Shown here piece after piece: positions 1 through 13,949 of a DNA stretch of 64,000 nt; positions within the stretch are counted from its first letter, which is position 1; each line of letters starts with the position of its first letter. The notes under the pieces are model-generated. The model ran no database searches and was not told the origin of the DNA. It was given only the letters and a program-made list of their open reading frames with translations. Location of the stretch: the NCBI GenBank assembly GCA_044892525.1, contig CM097885.1, forward strand, positions 38,442,001-38,506,000, written 5' to 3'. This stretch comes from Schmidtea polychroa. Taxonomy: Eukaryota. The position numbers were made by a program, and so were the translations under genes.

Positions 1-7
1 TAATAAA

Positions 8-61
<54 letters not shown>

Positions 62-74
62 TTATTAAATAATA

Positions 75-131
<57 letters not shown>

Positions 132-155
132 TTATTAAATAATAAATAATAATAA
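1..155. repeat. (TAA)n microsatellite
   Basis: Imperfect TAA trinucleotide run visible directly. Confidence 0.95.
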
Positions 156-909
156 AAAATATGCTAATAAAAATTTACTAAAGGTTTATCAGTATATAAT
201 ATTTATAAAATTACATGATATTTGAATCAAATTGTAATTATATATAATACATTTATACTATAAAGTGTATTTACAGTTAAACTTCATTTTTCACGTGGTG
301 TACCGCCAAATTTGTAGATAACTGAAAGTGTTCCGCAAAAGAAAAAGGTAGATGATTACTACCATAGAAATAGAATGAAACAAAACCTTTTATTTCTGTG
401 ATTAGGTAGATATCAGCTTTCTAACTCACTATGAATTACCGAGCTCCTTGGCGAAAAGCTTATAGTTATATTATTGTGCAAGCATTTTTTTGAATTTATG
501 TTATTGATTTTTGAGTATAGAGTGCAAAGTGTACTTTCTAACTATAGTCAGAGACTCTTTTTTATTTACTGACTATGACAGTTGCACTAATAGTAGCAAT
601 GTGCATCTTGGAAAGTGCTCATATTGATTTTACAGTGCAAAAATTTTAATTCTTGTGTTTTGGTTTTATCGCTCAACGATTGAGATTTTTGAGACCCAAA
701 CTTAATCTAATGACAACTTTTCTCATTTCTTAGAGAATTAGGTGGCGGAAAATTTAATTATTTCAAGAAGTATTTTTTTAGAAGATGATTCTGTAAGTTT
801 TTGATAATTTTCAAAATATAGAGAATTTTAATACATTTAACTTTGATGGCCACGACATTTATGAAATTTTATTGGAAATTTGTCAAAAACAAGAAAACAT
901 TCAAGACTT

Positions 910-962
910 GGGACCCCAGAAAACGAGGTCGTAAAACCGGGTGGTCGTAAAGAGAGGGTCTA

Positions 963-966
<4 letters not shown>
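910..966. mobile_element. Tc1/mariner/pogo-like transposon terminus abutting a (TA)n tract
   Basis: Ends ...GAGAGGGTCTACTG followed by TA repeats, i.e. a CAGTAGACCC-type TIR with a TA target; the other end was not found. Confidence 0.45.
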
Positions 967-1002
<36 letters not shown>

Positions 1003-3191
1003 TCGAAACAACAACAGCGAAGACGAATTTGCTTTGAACACGTCTCCATTATCATCCCCAATGAAGCCAAAAATTGTTCCATGTTCATAACTTGACTGAA
1101 TTCATCCAATTCTATACAAATTACAACCGCATTTTTTAAATCCTTACATAGCTAGACAAATAGATTACTTGATACAATTTATATTCGCCTGGTTACGGTC
1201 CGAAACGAAACCCTACGGATTTGTAATGCAATCATTAAATTTTCTCATCTGGAAGGATTATTCTGCTTACAGTAAAAATAAATGAAATATAAAACTTTTA
1301 TTTTTATTGGGCTTTATAGGAAAACTCTCGGGTCAAGAACATTTTATTTACCTACCAATATACTCACTAGCATTTGGGTCTATCGCCTGGACCTATATGA
1401 ATTTATGAATTATATACTCACTAGTTGGGTCATAATTGATTTTTTGAGAAAAAAATTAAAATTTTTCGAAAATAGTTCTTGAAAAAAAATTAAAAAATAT
1501 TTTTTAGAAAATAATTTAAGGAAACTTTTCAGGAAAATATTTTGGAAAATAATTCTTGTAAAATCTTAGATTTGGAAAAAAATAGTTCTCGAGGAAATTA
1601 AAATTCTCAGACTTGTAGTCAGCGCAAATAAATGTATTTTTGTAAACCTTGTGAAAATAAATTTCATAATCACACAAACCGAATAATGAAAGAACTAATA
1701 TTCATAAAACAAAAAGTGGTGTGAATTTACAACAAGCAAGTTTTAAATTGCCAGAATTTCCTTGAAAAATAATATTCCAAAACCAAGAGAAGAACCAATT
1801 AACTGAGTTGACAAAGCAGCTTTGAAACATTATACAAAATTATACAAACGACAAAGAGAATGTTGCAAAAAAAACTAAAGTAGCTTGCCGTAAGTATAAT
1901 ATTACATATTTAAATATGGGATTTTCATGGGTCGGTAATGATACATCTCAAATTCCATTTTGTATTGTGTGTGATGAAAAACTTTCAAATGAGTCAATGG
2001 TACCAAACAAGATAGAACGTCATTTCAAATCAAAACATCCAAGTTTATCTACTAAAACTGCAGATTATTGGATTCAAAAAAATTGCAACAAAATAGATTT
2101 TTAAAATCGGTAAAGGTATCTGAGAAGGCTCAACCTTATAGCTGAAAGCCTTATTTTACCGGCTTGTCAAATAATGGTGAAAACATTCTACACTATTAGT
2201 AGAAGAATCTTGAGTATGACAGAGGATATTGAACAACAGGTAATTGAACTCATCACTTCCGAAAAAGTGTTTGCATTACAAGTAGATGAGTCAACTGACA
2301 TTAGTGGAAAAGCTCAGTTGTTAGCTTTTATAAAATTTGTTAGGAACGAAAATATAGTCAGTCAATATTTTTGCTGTAAAGAGCTAACTAAAACTACAAC
2401 TGGTCGAGACGTTTTTAATATAATTAATAATTTTTTGGAAAAATATAGTATTGAGAAGCGTTGGTTGCGAAATCTAGTGTTACTGATTTGAAAATTATAT
2501 TCGATCAAGTAGTGAAAATGGTAAATTATATTAAGAGTAAGCCAAAAAATATGCGATTATTTTCAAAATTGTGCGAATCCATGGAAGCTGATCATTTGAC
2601 ATTGATCATTCACACTGAGATAAGATGGCTTTCAAAAGGAAATGTTCTTTCAAGATTTTACGAATTGCTTAATGAGCATCTAATCTTTTTTACAATGGAA
2701 AACAGCGAATATTGTGATTTGTTGAGTGATGAAATTTGGTGCTCAAAGCTTGCTTTCCTGGCAGATATTTTCGCTCATCTTAAACGCTCAGCATGCAAGG
2801 AGAAAAGGAAAGTATTCTCAGTTCTACTGATAAGTTACATGCTTTTAGGGATAAACTGAATATGTGGAAACGGCGTGTGTTACAAAATAATTTCGAAATG
2901 TTTCCCTTAACAGCAAATACTTCATTTAATAATAAGGCTTTAAAGCTTATTGCTGATACATTAAGTGTTTTTTATGAAAAAATAGATTTTTATTTTCCTT
3001 CAATCGACATTACCCGTTTTGATTGGGTACGTAATCCATTTAGCAGCGACTAAGACACAACACAGCTAGAATTGAAAGAGGAAGAAGAATTTTTGGAAAT
3101 GCAAAATGATCGAACAATACGAATTAAATTTAATATCGACGAATTAAGTGCCTTTTAAATAAGTGTATCCTAGGCTGTGCACAATAATATT

Positions 3192-3460
3192 GTTAAAATA
3201 TTGCAATATATTTTTATTACAATACAATATATTGCAATATATTTTTATTTCAATACAATATATTGCAATATATTTTTATTACAATACAATATATTGCAAT
3301 ATATTTTTATTTCAATACAATATATTGCAATATATTTTTATTTCAATACAATATATTGCAATATATTTTTATTACAATACAATATATTGCAATATATTTT
3401 TTTTTCAATACAATATATTGCAATACATTTTTATTACAATACAACATATTGCAATATATT
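3192..3460. repeat. Subterminal tandem repeats of the nested hAT (about 31-bp unit, CAATACAATATATTGCAATATATTTTTATT)
   Basis: Direct tandem array; it accounts for the low-complexity ORFs at 3163-3563. Confidence 0.9.
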
Positions 3461-3642
3461 TTGCATCATTTTTTATTTTCATTACCATATTATTGATGGT
3501 CAATTTAAGGTTCTAGCCATAAAATATGCAATAAATTGCTTTTTGTACAACATAAGATATTAAAGAGAAACAATATAAACGGTTTAAGGTTTGAGCAATA
3601 AAATATTTATTAAAATAAATATAGTTTTAATTTACTATATTA

Positions 3643-4869
3643 TCATTCTTCCTCAAATTCGTATTCATCTTCATCCTTGTCATTATCTTTTTCATTGACC
3701 ACTAATGCTACTAGAGCCAAATTCCGAAGGGACTTATTTCGATTTAGAAAAAGTAATGTCTCTAAAGTTTGAGGGTGCAAGCTTCTTCTGTAAGGACTAA
3801 ATACTCTTTTAGCTAAAGAAAAAAGTCTTTCCACTTCACAAGATGTTGGAATTAAAAAGTTAGTATTGATGTACTTGCTGCACATTTGCTTCTCTTGCAA
3901 TCGTTGTGTCTTGAGGGCCCTCTCTGCAAAAGATAAAGTTTCAAAATGTTCTTGAGAATCACCTTCATTATTATCGACTTTTAATAACAATTTTTTTACT
4001 TCCTCTTTTTCTTCAACTGTCAGATAAATCTCCTTTTTTCCTTGAATTTTGATGATTGCGGATTCCAATTGCTTATTATGAATAATTTTTGCATCTTCAC
4101 CAATGTAGGATGCAAAATTCATTTCTGGATATGAATCTATTATTGATTGAAATAAAACTTCTGATTCATTTATTGTCATGTCGTTTCGTTGGATGGATAG
4201 TGTAACCGACTTGAAGTCCACTAATGCTTGTTTACGTTCACGAACATTTTTTTTCTGTTCTGCAGTTGGAATAAATTCTAAGAGTTCTTCATCTTCGTTA
4301 TTTAAGTGTGCCAATAATCTTTCAAAACGCTCCAACATATCTGGAACTCCAGCCCAGCGTGTGACGTTTCGTTTGACTGGGCGAAGTGTTGTCATGAGAC
4401 GCATTCTGCCTGATTGCTTGAGTGTTGATAATTTGGACATCAACTTTCCTATTACATCTGTTTCTGTAGAAAGGAATCTGTTTAAATAGGCTTCAACAGC
4501 TATATTAAAACGATGACTACGACAGCTTAAAAGGGGTACACCAAGAAGATTAGCTGTTGCCTTGTTTGTAGAGCAATTATCCCCAATTAAACAAAATAAA
4601 TTACTCAAAGAAAGGGAGTAGCTATTGATTGTTTCACGAATGAATTAAGCGTGATTATCTGCATTAAAGCTTGCCTCATCAAGTAACGGTGCAAAGGCCA
4701 AAAGATGCATAACTTGAGCATCTTCTCTTTCTTTTCCTGTGAAGACAATAAAAATACCAATGAAGTGTGTAGAATTTTCAGACCATCCGTCAAATACTAG
4801 TGCATAACAAGGTGCTTCTTTAGCTTGGAGAGAAATCTTTTTTTCTACTTTGTCTGCTACCTTAAACAT
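3643..4869 (-). pseudogene. hAT transposase, frameshifted
   Basis: DGWS, IGDNCSTN, CRSHRFN, TRW and PTSCEVERLFS (hAT dimerisation) motifs spread over ORFs 4645-4869 and 3643-4608. Confidence 0.88.
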
Positions 4870-5238
4870 ACATTTTTAGTGTTTTGACGGAAATAGATTC
4901 AAGATTTGTAGTTGCACAAGTAAACTCTTTTTCACAAAAAACGAGTTCATGTTTATCCATTATGATCCATTCCATCCATTTGTAAATGATTTTAACTTTA
5001 TTAATATACAATTTATAATGTTTTTATTTTATTAAACTTTCAATAAAACAATAATTGAGATGGAAACTTTTTGTGTTCAATTTCTTTTAATAAATAAATA
5101 TTTATTGTATATAATTATTTATTTTAAATGAATTAATATGGCTTCATTGTTCTATTAGTTCTATTAATTTAATACTTTCAAATGCAATTTAACTTATAAA
5201 AGAATTATCATTAGACTATAATATAACATAATAGTAAG

Positions 5239-5572
5239 CAATACAATATATTGTTATTGTAACGCAATACAATACAAAAGATTGTTATTGTGACCCAATA
5301 CAATACAATATATTGTTATTGTGGTCTAATACAATACAATATATTGTTATTGTAGGCCAATACAATACAATATATTGTTATTGTGGTCTAATACAATACA
5401 ATATATTGTTATTGTAGTCTAATACAATACAATATATTGTTATTGTAGCGCAATACAATACAATATATTGTTATTATAGCGCAATACAATACAATATATT
5501 GTTATTGCTCAGACAAGCAATATATTGTATTGTTAACAATATATTGCAATATATTGTCAGTACAATATATTG
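5239..5572. repeat. Subterminal tandem repeats of the nested hAT (about 30-bp unit, AATACAATACAATATATTGTTATTGT...)
   Basis: Direct tandem array sharing the palindromic core CAATATATTG with the left array. Confidence 0.9.
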
Positions 5573-5994
5573 TTGCGCAGCCTTGAGTGTATCAAGAGAA
5601 TATCCAGCTTTATCAAAAAAAGCTATAACGGTGTTATTACCATTTTCCACTTCTTATTTGTGTGAATTAGCTTTTTCAGCACTCAACGAAATAAAATGTA
5701 AAAAGCGAGAAAGACTGCTGTCTGTTGAAGAGGAATTAAGAGTGGCTTTATCAAAAAATTGTGTTCAGAAAGCCAGGCGCATAATTCACATTAATATTTC
5801 ACTTTTTATAAACTTTTATTCTGCAATTTTTATAAATAAAATGAAAGACTATTAATTTTTATTGTAAATATTTTTTATGATATGTGGATATTATATTTAG
5901 TTGTGTCGCATAATTTGAATACCTTGACTTATGTGTCGCTAGGTAAAAAAGATTGGGAAACACTGCTTTAGATATTTGTAATTCAATATTATAT

Positions 5995-7227
5995 TTCAAA
6001 GTTAAAGAGGATGGAGCCTATTAATGAAAAACATTTGGAAGAAATATTAAAACCTTCTGATGACTTTGGTGTAGGATATTTTTTAGAAATAGATTTGGGT
6101 TATCCAGATAGTATAAAAAGAAAATCTATATTTTTTCCATATGCTCCAATAAAAAGGATGATAAAACCAGAAGAAGTGATCGAATGGCATAGAAAAAAGA
6201 AACTAAATCAGTTTGTGATTAAAAGGACAAAAAGAATTATCTTGTTCATTATAGATTGTTAAAATTTTATGTTCAACAGGGATTCTGACAATTGATAAAC
6301 TTTAATAATATAATTTTTTTTCAAACAAGGACCTGTTATGAGAGATTATATTATTGGTAATATAGAAAAAAGTAGCAGAAGCGAAAACCGACAAGGATGA
6401 GTTTAAAGTAATGTTGTATAAATTATTAAATAATGCAGTCTTTGGAAAAAAACAATGGAGAGAATAGATAAATATGTTAATATTCTCTTGTTAACAAGAA
6501 ATGATAAAAAAAACTTGGAAATTTTTTATTAAGACCAATGAGTAAAATTTCCTGATGATTTAATTGCTGTAAAAATAGGAAACTAAGTAAAAAATATATA
6601 ACAAACCAATAAGCTTGGAATTTACAATTCTTGAATTATCAAAACTTCAAATGTATGAAACATTATACAATGTTATTTTACCTCATTTTAAAAATAGAAT
6701 TTCAATGCACTGATTCCATGTTTTGAAAAATTGATTGAATTCCAGAATTTTTAAATAATTATGAAGAAATTGAATCAACTCCAAAATTAAAATCATTAAT
6801 AAATACAATTGGTTATCTTTTTACTTTTAAAGATGAAAAACCCGATAATCAATAATGGATTTTGCTATTATTAGAGGAAAACAATATTTTCTCAAATGTT
6901 TTAAAAAAGAAGAGAATAAAAAAAAATTAAAGGAATAAAAAATGTGTAAGCAAGACAAATATTTTATCAAAATTATTTAGATTGTTTAAACCAAATTCTA
7001 AAAAAAGAAGGAATATTATTTATAATTTAAATTCTAAAAATTATAAAGAATCACATAAATCTTCTTTGCAAAACTATGATAATAAGAGATGTATTGTGTC
7101 TGATTTAGCAACAACACTTCCTCATGGAAATGATTTGGTTGAAATTATACAAGAAAAGAATGATTTGGAAATGTATAATGATTATTTATCTCGCATTAAA
7201 AATATTTTTTCACAAGGTTTGCGTTGA
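5995..7227 (+). pseudogene. Polinton-type protein-primed DNA polymerase B, C-terminal half, degraded
   Basis: GYFLEIDLGYP, YKLLNNAVFGK, ILELSKLQMYE, FTFKDEKP and NYDNKR..SDLATTLPHG are colinear with the pPolB at 15992-20386; many frameshifts. Confidence 0.9.
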
Positions 7228-7659
7228 TTCCAAGTCTGAGAATTTTATTTTCTCCCGAGAAATATTTTTCAAAGAATTATTTTCTAAAAAAACTTTTAAT
7301 TGTTTTTCTCAAAAGAGCAATGATGACCCAATTAGTGAGTATGTAATCCATATTGGTACCAGGCAAAAGACCCGCCCTCCAGTGAGAGGAACTCTACAAA
7401 TTTTACATTGATATTATTCCTAAATCATTCAAACTTTCATTGTTTATTGCAGTATGTTTTTGATACGAGCCTGACAACTAAATTTGCGTCTTGCTTGGTG
7501 CACTATTACTGGTATGGATGTGTTTAGCTGTTGATAGTTGAATATAAGATCGGCAGTCTAACTATTCCAGTAAGTATATGTTCAATTGGTCACGTACGTC
7601 ACTATGACACTATGACACTAAAAATGCATAATTTTTAACAATTGGGGTTGGCATCCTCT

Positions 7660-7745
7660 GAAATACCGTACCCCAGGAATCGAGCCCGTCACCTTTCGTC
7701 TGTGATTGGGCCTGTTAGTGAGAGCTTAGCTTATGAGCATTATTG
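7660..7745 (-). repeat. Possible tRNA-derived SINE head or tRNA pseudogene
   Basis: B-box-like GGGCTCGATTCC on the minus strand; A-box and cloverleaf are poor. Confidence 0.25.
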
Positions 7746-8984
7746 GGGAAATCATCGATCAAACATAGAATCAAAATCAAAATTTATTTGACGAAAGTGA
7801 TCTATTTTTGATATCAACACCTTAAAACTGAAAGATTTGTCTGAAATTTCTCACTAAATAATCTATTTGTCTCCATAATTATTTATCCTTTTTCTAGTAA
7901 TTCTCATTCCATTTCCACCTGTTACTATTGATCTATGCTTTCTAGTTGAGATTCTCTAAATATTTCTATAAATTCTAAAATTTTAAAATAGATTTTTCTA
8001 TTAATGACATTTTATGAATTTATAATTTTTTAAAATTATAATTTTTTGCTATACATTTCTTGATATATCTGATTTTTAATTTTATTAATTTTAATAATTA
8101 ATTTTTGATTTTTCTTAATTTCATTCGTCATTTAATTATCAATGTTGTAATTTCGAGGCACTTCGGAAGTCACATTGAACATGGACTCCAAAGTCAGAGA
8201 TAGCTTATGACCAAAAAGAAATTTCTCTGGTGCCAATTTAATTGCGTTTCAAAATTCCAAATCTTCTGCGATTATCCGAAAGCATTGCTATAAAATGTGC
8301 ATTAATGACTACATGAAATATACGCAAATTTGCAGGCCTTTGGTAACGTCATCAAGAAAGGTACATTTTGAAACTTTCAACTATTCTCTGTATTTTATAT
8401 TTTATTTAAATTTTTAAAACTTCACAAAACCTTAATAAATTACTTGAAAATAAGAAGCCTTGAATAATGATTTCTCTTGGGATTCTTGTTGACATTTTAC
8501 AATGGCCCAATTGTTCCCACAACAAATCACATGTTAAAAAATATATAAATTAATATTTTTTTCATTTTACTTTTATTTTTCTATTAATTAACTAGAAATA
8601 ATTTTGTAAATTTAATTTTCAAAAAAATAATTACAAAAAGCTTAATAATAAAAAAATTAAATAAAAATTAATTAAAATTTAATTTTGAAATAATTTGAAA
8701 TTTAATCAATATATCGCATTTAATGAATTTAATAATATATAATGATATATCCTTGAAGCACCATCAATTAACAATAAAATAATTATTATATGATATGCTA
8801 AACAAAAACTGCAACAAAGGCCTATTACATCATTTATTTATTATTTTATTTTTAATTAATTAATTAATTTGTTTTAATTATTCTTTCTGAAGATAAAATT
8901 TCTAAAACAATATATTTATTATTCTATTAAAATAAAAAAATATAATAATAATAAAATATAAATAAAAATGTATGGAATTTCCAC

Positions 8985-10278
8985 CACTGGCGGATCCAGA
9001 CCATTTAGTAAAGGGCGGGGGTGATTTTTAGGTTATCTTGGTAACCGCAGGCAAGCCTAAAAATCGTAAAATTTGTTTACTTTTTTCTTTGAGACTCAAT
9101 AATATTGATTATAGCAATAATCTATAATATTTTTTATTATAAACTGATTAAATTAATAATACATAATTATTTAAACATTTTAATTTTAAAAGTAATTTGT
9201 ATTTACTATTTATTATATTTTTAACTAACTCAGCATGGTGTTTGAAAACGGAAGTAAATTAGGTCTATTGAGTAATATGAATTTTAATAAAGTTGTGCGG
9301 TTCGTATTTTAAATCGGGCTATGAGGATACCAATATGTGACGTCATTTTATAGTTACATTACATAGATTAAGACAGTAGAAGAATGATACTCAAACTTTA
9401 TTATGAACTTTATTATCAGCGATTAGAGGAAGTGATTTTATTGTGTCCATAGGCTGTGCTGTGCATGTGTTCTCTCTAACGAATGGCCTCAGTCAATTGT
9501 TTCAAAAAAATTTTTGATTTGAATGAAGCAAAAATTTGCATTAAAGACCTGTTGATTGTTTTAAAACTAAAAGGAGAAAACTGCGAAGAAATGTTTGCGG
9601 AAATATTTAGAGCAGCAGAAAAAACAATAATTGAAAAAGATGGCAGTTTCACATACAAAGGATTTGTGCAACGACAGACATGGCGGAAGAATATACCTTC
9701 GGATAAATTGGAAAAATATTACAGGCGATCCATTTACATCCCTCTACTCGATGCACTGATATTGGACATAAATACACGTTTTTCTAAAGAAAATTTGCAT
9801 TGTCTCCAAATCTATTCTTTTTGATGCCAGAAAATATTATTAAACTGAATCATAAAGGTGTTATCGAAAATGTTTATGTAATCAATAATGTCTATGGCGT
9901 TATTCTTGGACTTAGAATACAAAACTTACCTGCATCTGAATTTACATCGGAAGTTGAACTATGGCAGTGCAAATGCATGAGGATGAAAGAAGAGGGATAA
10001 ATCAAATCACTGTCTACTGATCTTTCTGTTGTCTTTGATTTGTATGACCATGTGTAATATCCAATCACTCACAAGTTGTTTCAAATTATTCAAACGTGCA
10101 CTGTAAGTGTTGCAAGTGCTGAATGTAGCTTCTCAATCCTGTGAAGAATAAAAACCTGGCTGAGAACGCGAATGACAGAAAACAGACTAATCGGATTAGC
10201 CCTACTTAATGTTCACAGAGACATTCCAGTAAATGTTGAAAGTGTGATTGAGCTTTTTGCGAAGTCGGGAAATCTTAA
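8985..10278 (+). mobile_element. Degraded hAT transposon (ZMYM1/PRKRIR-like transposase)
   Basis: 5' TIR-like CACTGGCGGATCCAG at 8985; YYRRSIYIPLLD and C-terminal SVASAECSFS..RIKTWLRTRMTENRLIGLALLNVHRD; stops and frameshifts. Confidence 0.8.
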
Positions 10279-10433
10279 ACTAGATTTTGTGTTATAAATT
10301 GTTAAAATAATCAACAAATCAAGGTTTTATGTACGTTACTAGTCTAACAACTAAACTCTCTATTCTTCATCAAATGTTTGCATTTCAAATTTAAATAATT
10401 ATAAATTACTTCAAAATATAATTTACAACAGTG

Positions 10434-10974
10434 TATATGTTACGGTGAAAGTAGATATTGTGGCAAATGTACACATTTTCCGGTAAATGTGCACATTAGC
10501 CTCCTCATTTGGGTAATGTGCATTCAACTAACATTTACAATTTCAAATAAGGGAAATGTACATTGAATTTTCGGTTCTTGTTTGATATATCAATAAAGAC
10601 CATATACTCCGAGTTTATCCGACAATATATTCTGTACCCCTATGGGTATTGCTAGCAAGGGCACTGGTCACATTCAACATGTCGCAACATGTACCCTTGC
10701 TAGCAATACCCATAGGGGTACAGAATATATTGTCGGATAAACTCGGAGTATATGGTCTTTATTGATATATCAAAATACTGTTATTTATAAATTAACAAAA
10801 ACATTGGATATTTATATATTTAATTTTAATTTAATTTTAAGTGGGGGGAAATATCAAACAAGAACATACATATACATTATATTCAGTTCACTTATACCTA
10901 ACTCTTTGGGAAATGTACACATTTTACGGTAAAAGTGTACATTTCCCAAGATTGTACATTTACCGTAACATATA
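10434..10974. mobile_element. MITE-like element with TIRs TATATGTTACGGT...ACCGTAACATATA
   Basis: Inverted termini plus repeated AAATGTACACATTT motifs at both ends. Confidence 0.65.
10581..10774. repeat. Perfect palindrome with 81-bp arms and a 32-nt spacer
   Basis: 10581-10661 is the exact reverse complement of 10694-10774. Confidence 0.95.
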
Positions 10975-11829
10975 TATTGTCTAAGTTTATTCTTTAACTG
11001 TAACATATATATTAAATAAAAATTGTTATTTTTTATCGATTAGTTTTTTATGGGTTACATAAAAATTTTAATTACCAATAATTATTTAAAATAATATATT
11101 ACTATGTTAGAGTTTTCTTTACTATATTTTTCCATGATAAACCTAAATTATTATGCATCCTTATTTCTTGGGCTGCTTAAATTTGTCAGTTCTCTACTGG
11201 TTATCAATGTTTTGTTGTGAGACTAGTCTGTTTTTACATTCTCCCATATCCTTAACAATTTATTTTGCATAATTGTCTATTGCATAGATAATTTTAGGAT
11301 ATTTAGATTTACCAAAATCATAGCACTTTCATAGAGTTGATGTGAGATTCTGTTTCCCATTCTTTTATTTCTAAATTTTCAATCAAAATCCCAAATTCTA
11401 AAGAGACGTATTAATTTAGTATCTTTTGATTGTTTTATCTATTTTATTGAAATTTCGTTAACTATCCGCAGATTTAATCATTTAATTTTTAGTCCTAAAA
11501 TATTTTAATAAAGTTTAATTTTAAAAATAATGGAGGCATTATATTTGGGAAACTAAACACTCAGACAGTTCAAATTTTGAGATTAAAACATTTTCAGTGA
11601 GTTGAGAAAATTGTTTTATATTAAATTAAGTTTTTAAAAAAATTTTTAAAAATTTATTATTTAAATAGGGAATTTTTTTAATGAAAATGCTTTATAAGTC
11701 TGATTTGTAAAGAATGTTTTCTTTTGTTTAGAAATAAATACAATAATCTAGATAAAGTTCCTCACAAAATAATATTGTTTTGCCAAGTCTCGTGACAAAT
11801 CTAAATAGTAAATTGATAAAAACAAAATT

Positions 11830-12036
<207 letters not shown>

Positions 12037-12540
12037 AGTCGGTACTAACTCTGGGTCATAGTGCTCTTAATTTCAAATATTAAAACAAGACCCAACACAG
12101 AATACTTTAATAATAAATCACTTAAATTATTTTTTTAATATAAACAAAAGCTATGATATAATATATGCCTGAAATTAATGAAGACAATAATTATTTTAAA
12201 TGCAAAATTTTTATTTTTAATTTACAGTAGGTTTTAAAATTTTTAACAGAAAGTATTGAAATAATAACGGATTTAATATATGGAATGTTGAAATATATGG
12301 TGAAAGATTATGAAATGTTTAAGAAAAATAATAATGGATTTTTTGATGAAGAAAATGAACCTGGTAATATGGCTGAAAAAATGATTATATTTGATTATAA
12401 AATATGCTTATCATTGCAATTGTCAATAATAAATGTAATTTATAACAATAAAATTTCTTTTCAAAGACAGTTTCAGCATCAGCCACAAAGTATTTTAGAC
12501 TTGATATTATACCATCTTGATCTTTTGGATTGATTATAAT

Positions 12541-13187
12541 TAAGGTGACCAGATTTTTAGATGGGAAAAGTGGGACAACTTTGAAGGAGGGGGGTATCAA
12601 CAAAAATTTTCATATAGAATAAAAATGATATGGTAATATTTTTTGATTTTTAACATAAATACAATTTATAAATATAAAAAATTGTATAATATTTTATTCC
12701 TTGACTTATTTTTTATTTGAGTGAATTTGTTTCAGTAGATTGGTTGTCATTTTTTAAAATATTGTAAAATTTTATTTTTATATTTCTTTCTAAACTTTCT
12801 TTTAGGATTAGGGTCAGTGATATACTTTTGTTATCAATATAAAATTGAAGACTACGAGTATTTTAAGCAAAGTTTAAGAAAATTTATGCATTTATGAAAT
12901 ATATAAATAAATTACTTACCTTAATTTTCTATGGTAAGTAGCAGATTTGTAATATTTATTTGTTTAATTAGCTTCCTAGCACGCAGTACGAAACCGAAGT
13001 GTATCATCTGAGAAACAAATACAATGTAACTGACAAGCAATGTGTTAGTCTTAGTAGTCTTAATTTTCATAAACATAAAATTTAACTTAATTCTAAAAGT
13101 CGGAATTTTTGAAAACGTTGCGGGAAGCGGGATAAATCGTGAAAAATCGGGACTGCCCCGCCCAAAGCGGGACGTTTGGTTACCTTA
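12541..13187 (+). mobile_element. Non-autonomous hAT (TAAGGTGACC-type TIR), copy 1
   Basis: TIRs TAAGGTGACCAGA / TTTGGTTACCTTA; homologous along its length to the inverted copy at 45384-46042. Confidence 0.85.
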
Positions 13188-13559
13188 GCTATTATAATAT
13201 AGATTAAAAATTTGATTCATTCAAAATAAATTTCAACATAATTTTCGAGTATTTATAGCAAATTTTTAACATATGAATTACAAAAATATTAAAATTCATG
13301 TGCGTGATTTAGAAAGACTTTGAATATATTCTATTGGTCAATAATACTATAAATAAAATTCGAAAATAATTGATTTTAAAAAAATAACACCACTCATTAT
13401 ACTGATAATCATTATACCGGTACAAGGAGAAGATATCACTGTAACTGTACAAGGAGAACATAAGAAATACAGCTTTACTGTCAGATATTTATACCATAAT
13501 ATACCGACCAAGATGACTGAAAGCTCTTATAAAATGATTATTTGAAAGAATGGAAAATT

Positions 13560-13949
13560 TAGAAAACAGTTTTTTGGAAAACAATGTTTTATTAGAGTTT
13601 TAAGTAATATGCAGAGCTATTTCGAAAAATGAAAGAGTTGAACATTGTAAATTATACGATAGTTATGGATAATGTGGCTTTCCACAGGGTTTTGGGCGTT
13701 GAAAATGTTATAGCGGAATATGGACACAATATTTTATTTCTTCCGCCATATAGTCCGCAATTGAATCCCATTGAAGAATTTTTTAGTAAATGGAAGCACT
13801 ATGTTAAATCCATGAATTCGAATACCATTGGTGAACTTGAATGCGCAATTCTAGGCGGAGTTTCTTCTGTAACGGAAAATGATTGTTTAGGTTTTTATGG
13901 TGATGTTAGGATGTATGCTTTAAAGGAGATTCGTCGCGAAGAATTTTAA
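13560..13949 (+). pseudogene. IS630/Tc1-mariner DDE transposase C-terminal fragment
   Basis: IVMDNVAFH...FLPPYSPQLNPIEEFFSKWK (D..E catalytic motifs). Confidence 0.85.

Larger units (their letters stand above)
3170..5585 (-). mobile_element. hAT transposon nested in the Charlie-type hAT
   Basis: TIRs CTAGGCTGTGCACAATAATATTG / CAATATATTGTTGCGCAGCCTTG; perfect 8-bp TSD AGTGTATC at 3162-3169 and 5586-5593. Confidence 0.92.
1880..5965 (+). mobile_element. Charlie/Buster-type hAT transposon with a pseudogenised ZBED5/FAM200-like transposase, split by a nested hAT
   Basis: Fragments show BED finger CIVC..H..KH, LQVDESTD, HTEIRWLSKG, LAFLADIF, DWVRNPF and, after the insert, [27 protein letters not shown]; 3' TIR ...TTGGGAAACACTG ends at 5965; 5' TIR not found. 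Confidence 0.85.
1355..7356 (+). mobile_element. Degraded TIR-bounded element carrying a Polinton-type pPolB, with two hATs inserted inside
   Basis: 1355-1628 is an imperfect inverted repeat of 7218-7356 (TACTCACTA.TTGGGTCAT, AAAATTCTCAGACTTG.A.TCA.CGCAAA); termini CCAATAT/ATATTGG are each flanked by TA. Confidence 0.6.

Noticed and set aside
295..365. Possible old hAT 3' end (GTGTTCCGC...AAAAAGGTAGATGATTACT)
   Set aside because: Too degraded, with no matching partner end or TSD
3163..3563. Overlapping Ile/Tyr/Gln-rich ORFs and a CRISPR-like regular array
   Set aside because: Head-to-tail subterminal repeats of a hAT with no unique spacers; the ORFs are repeat artefacts
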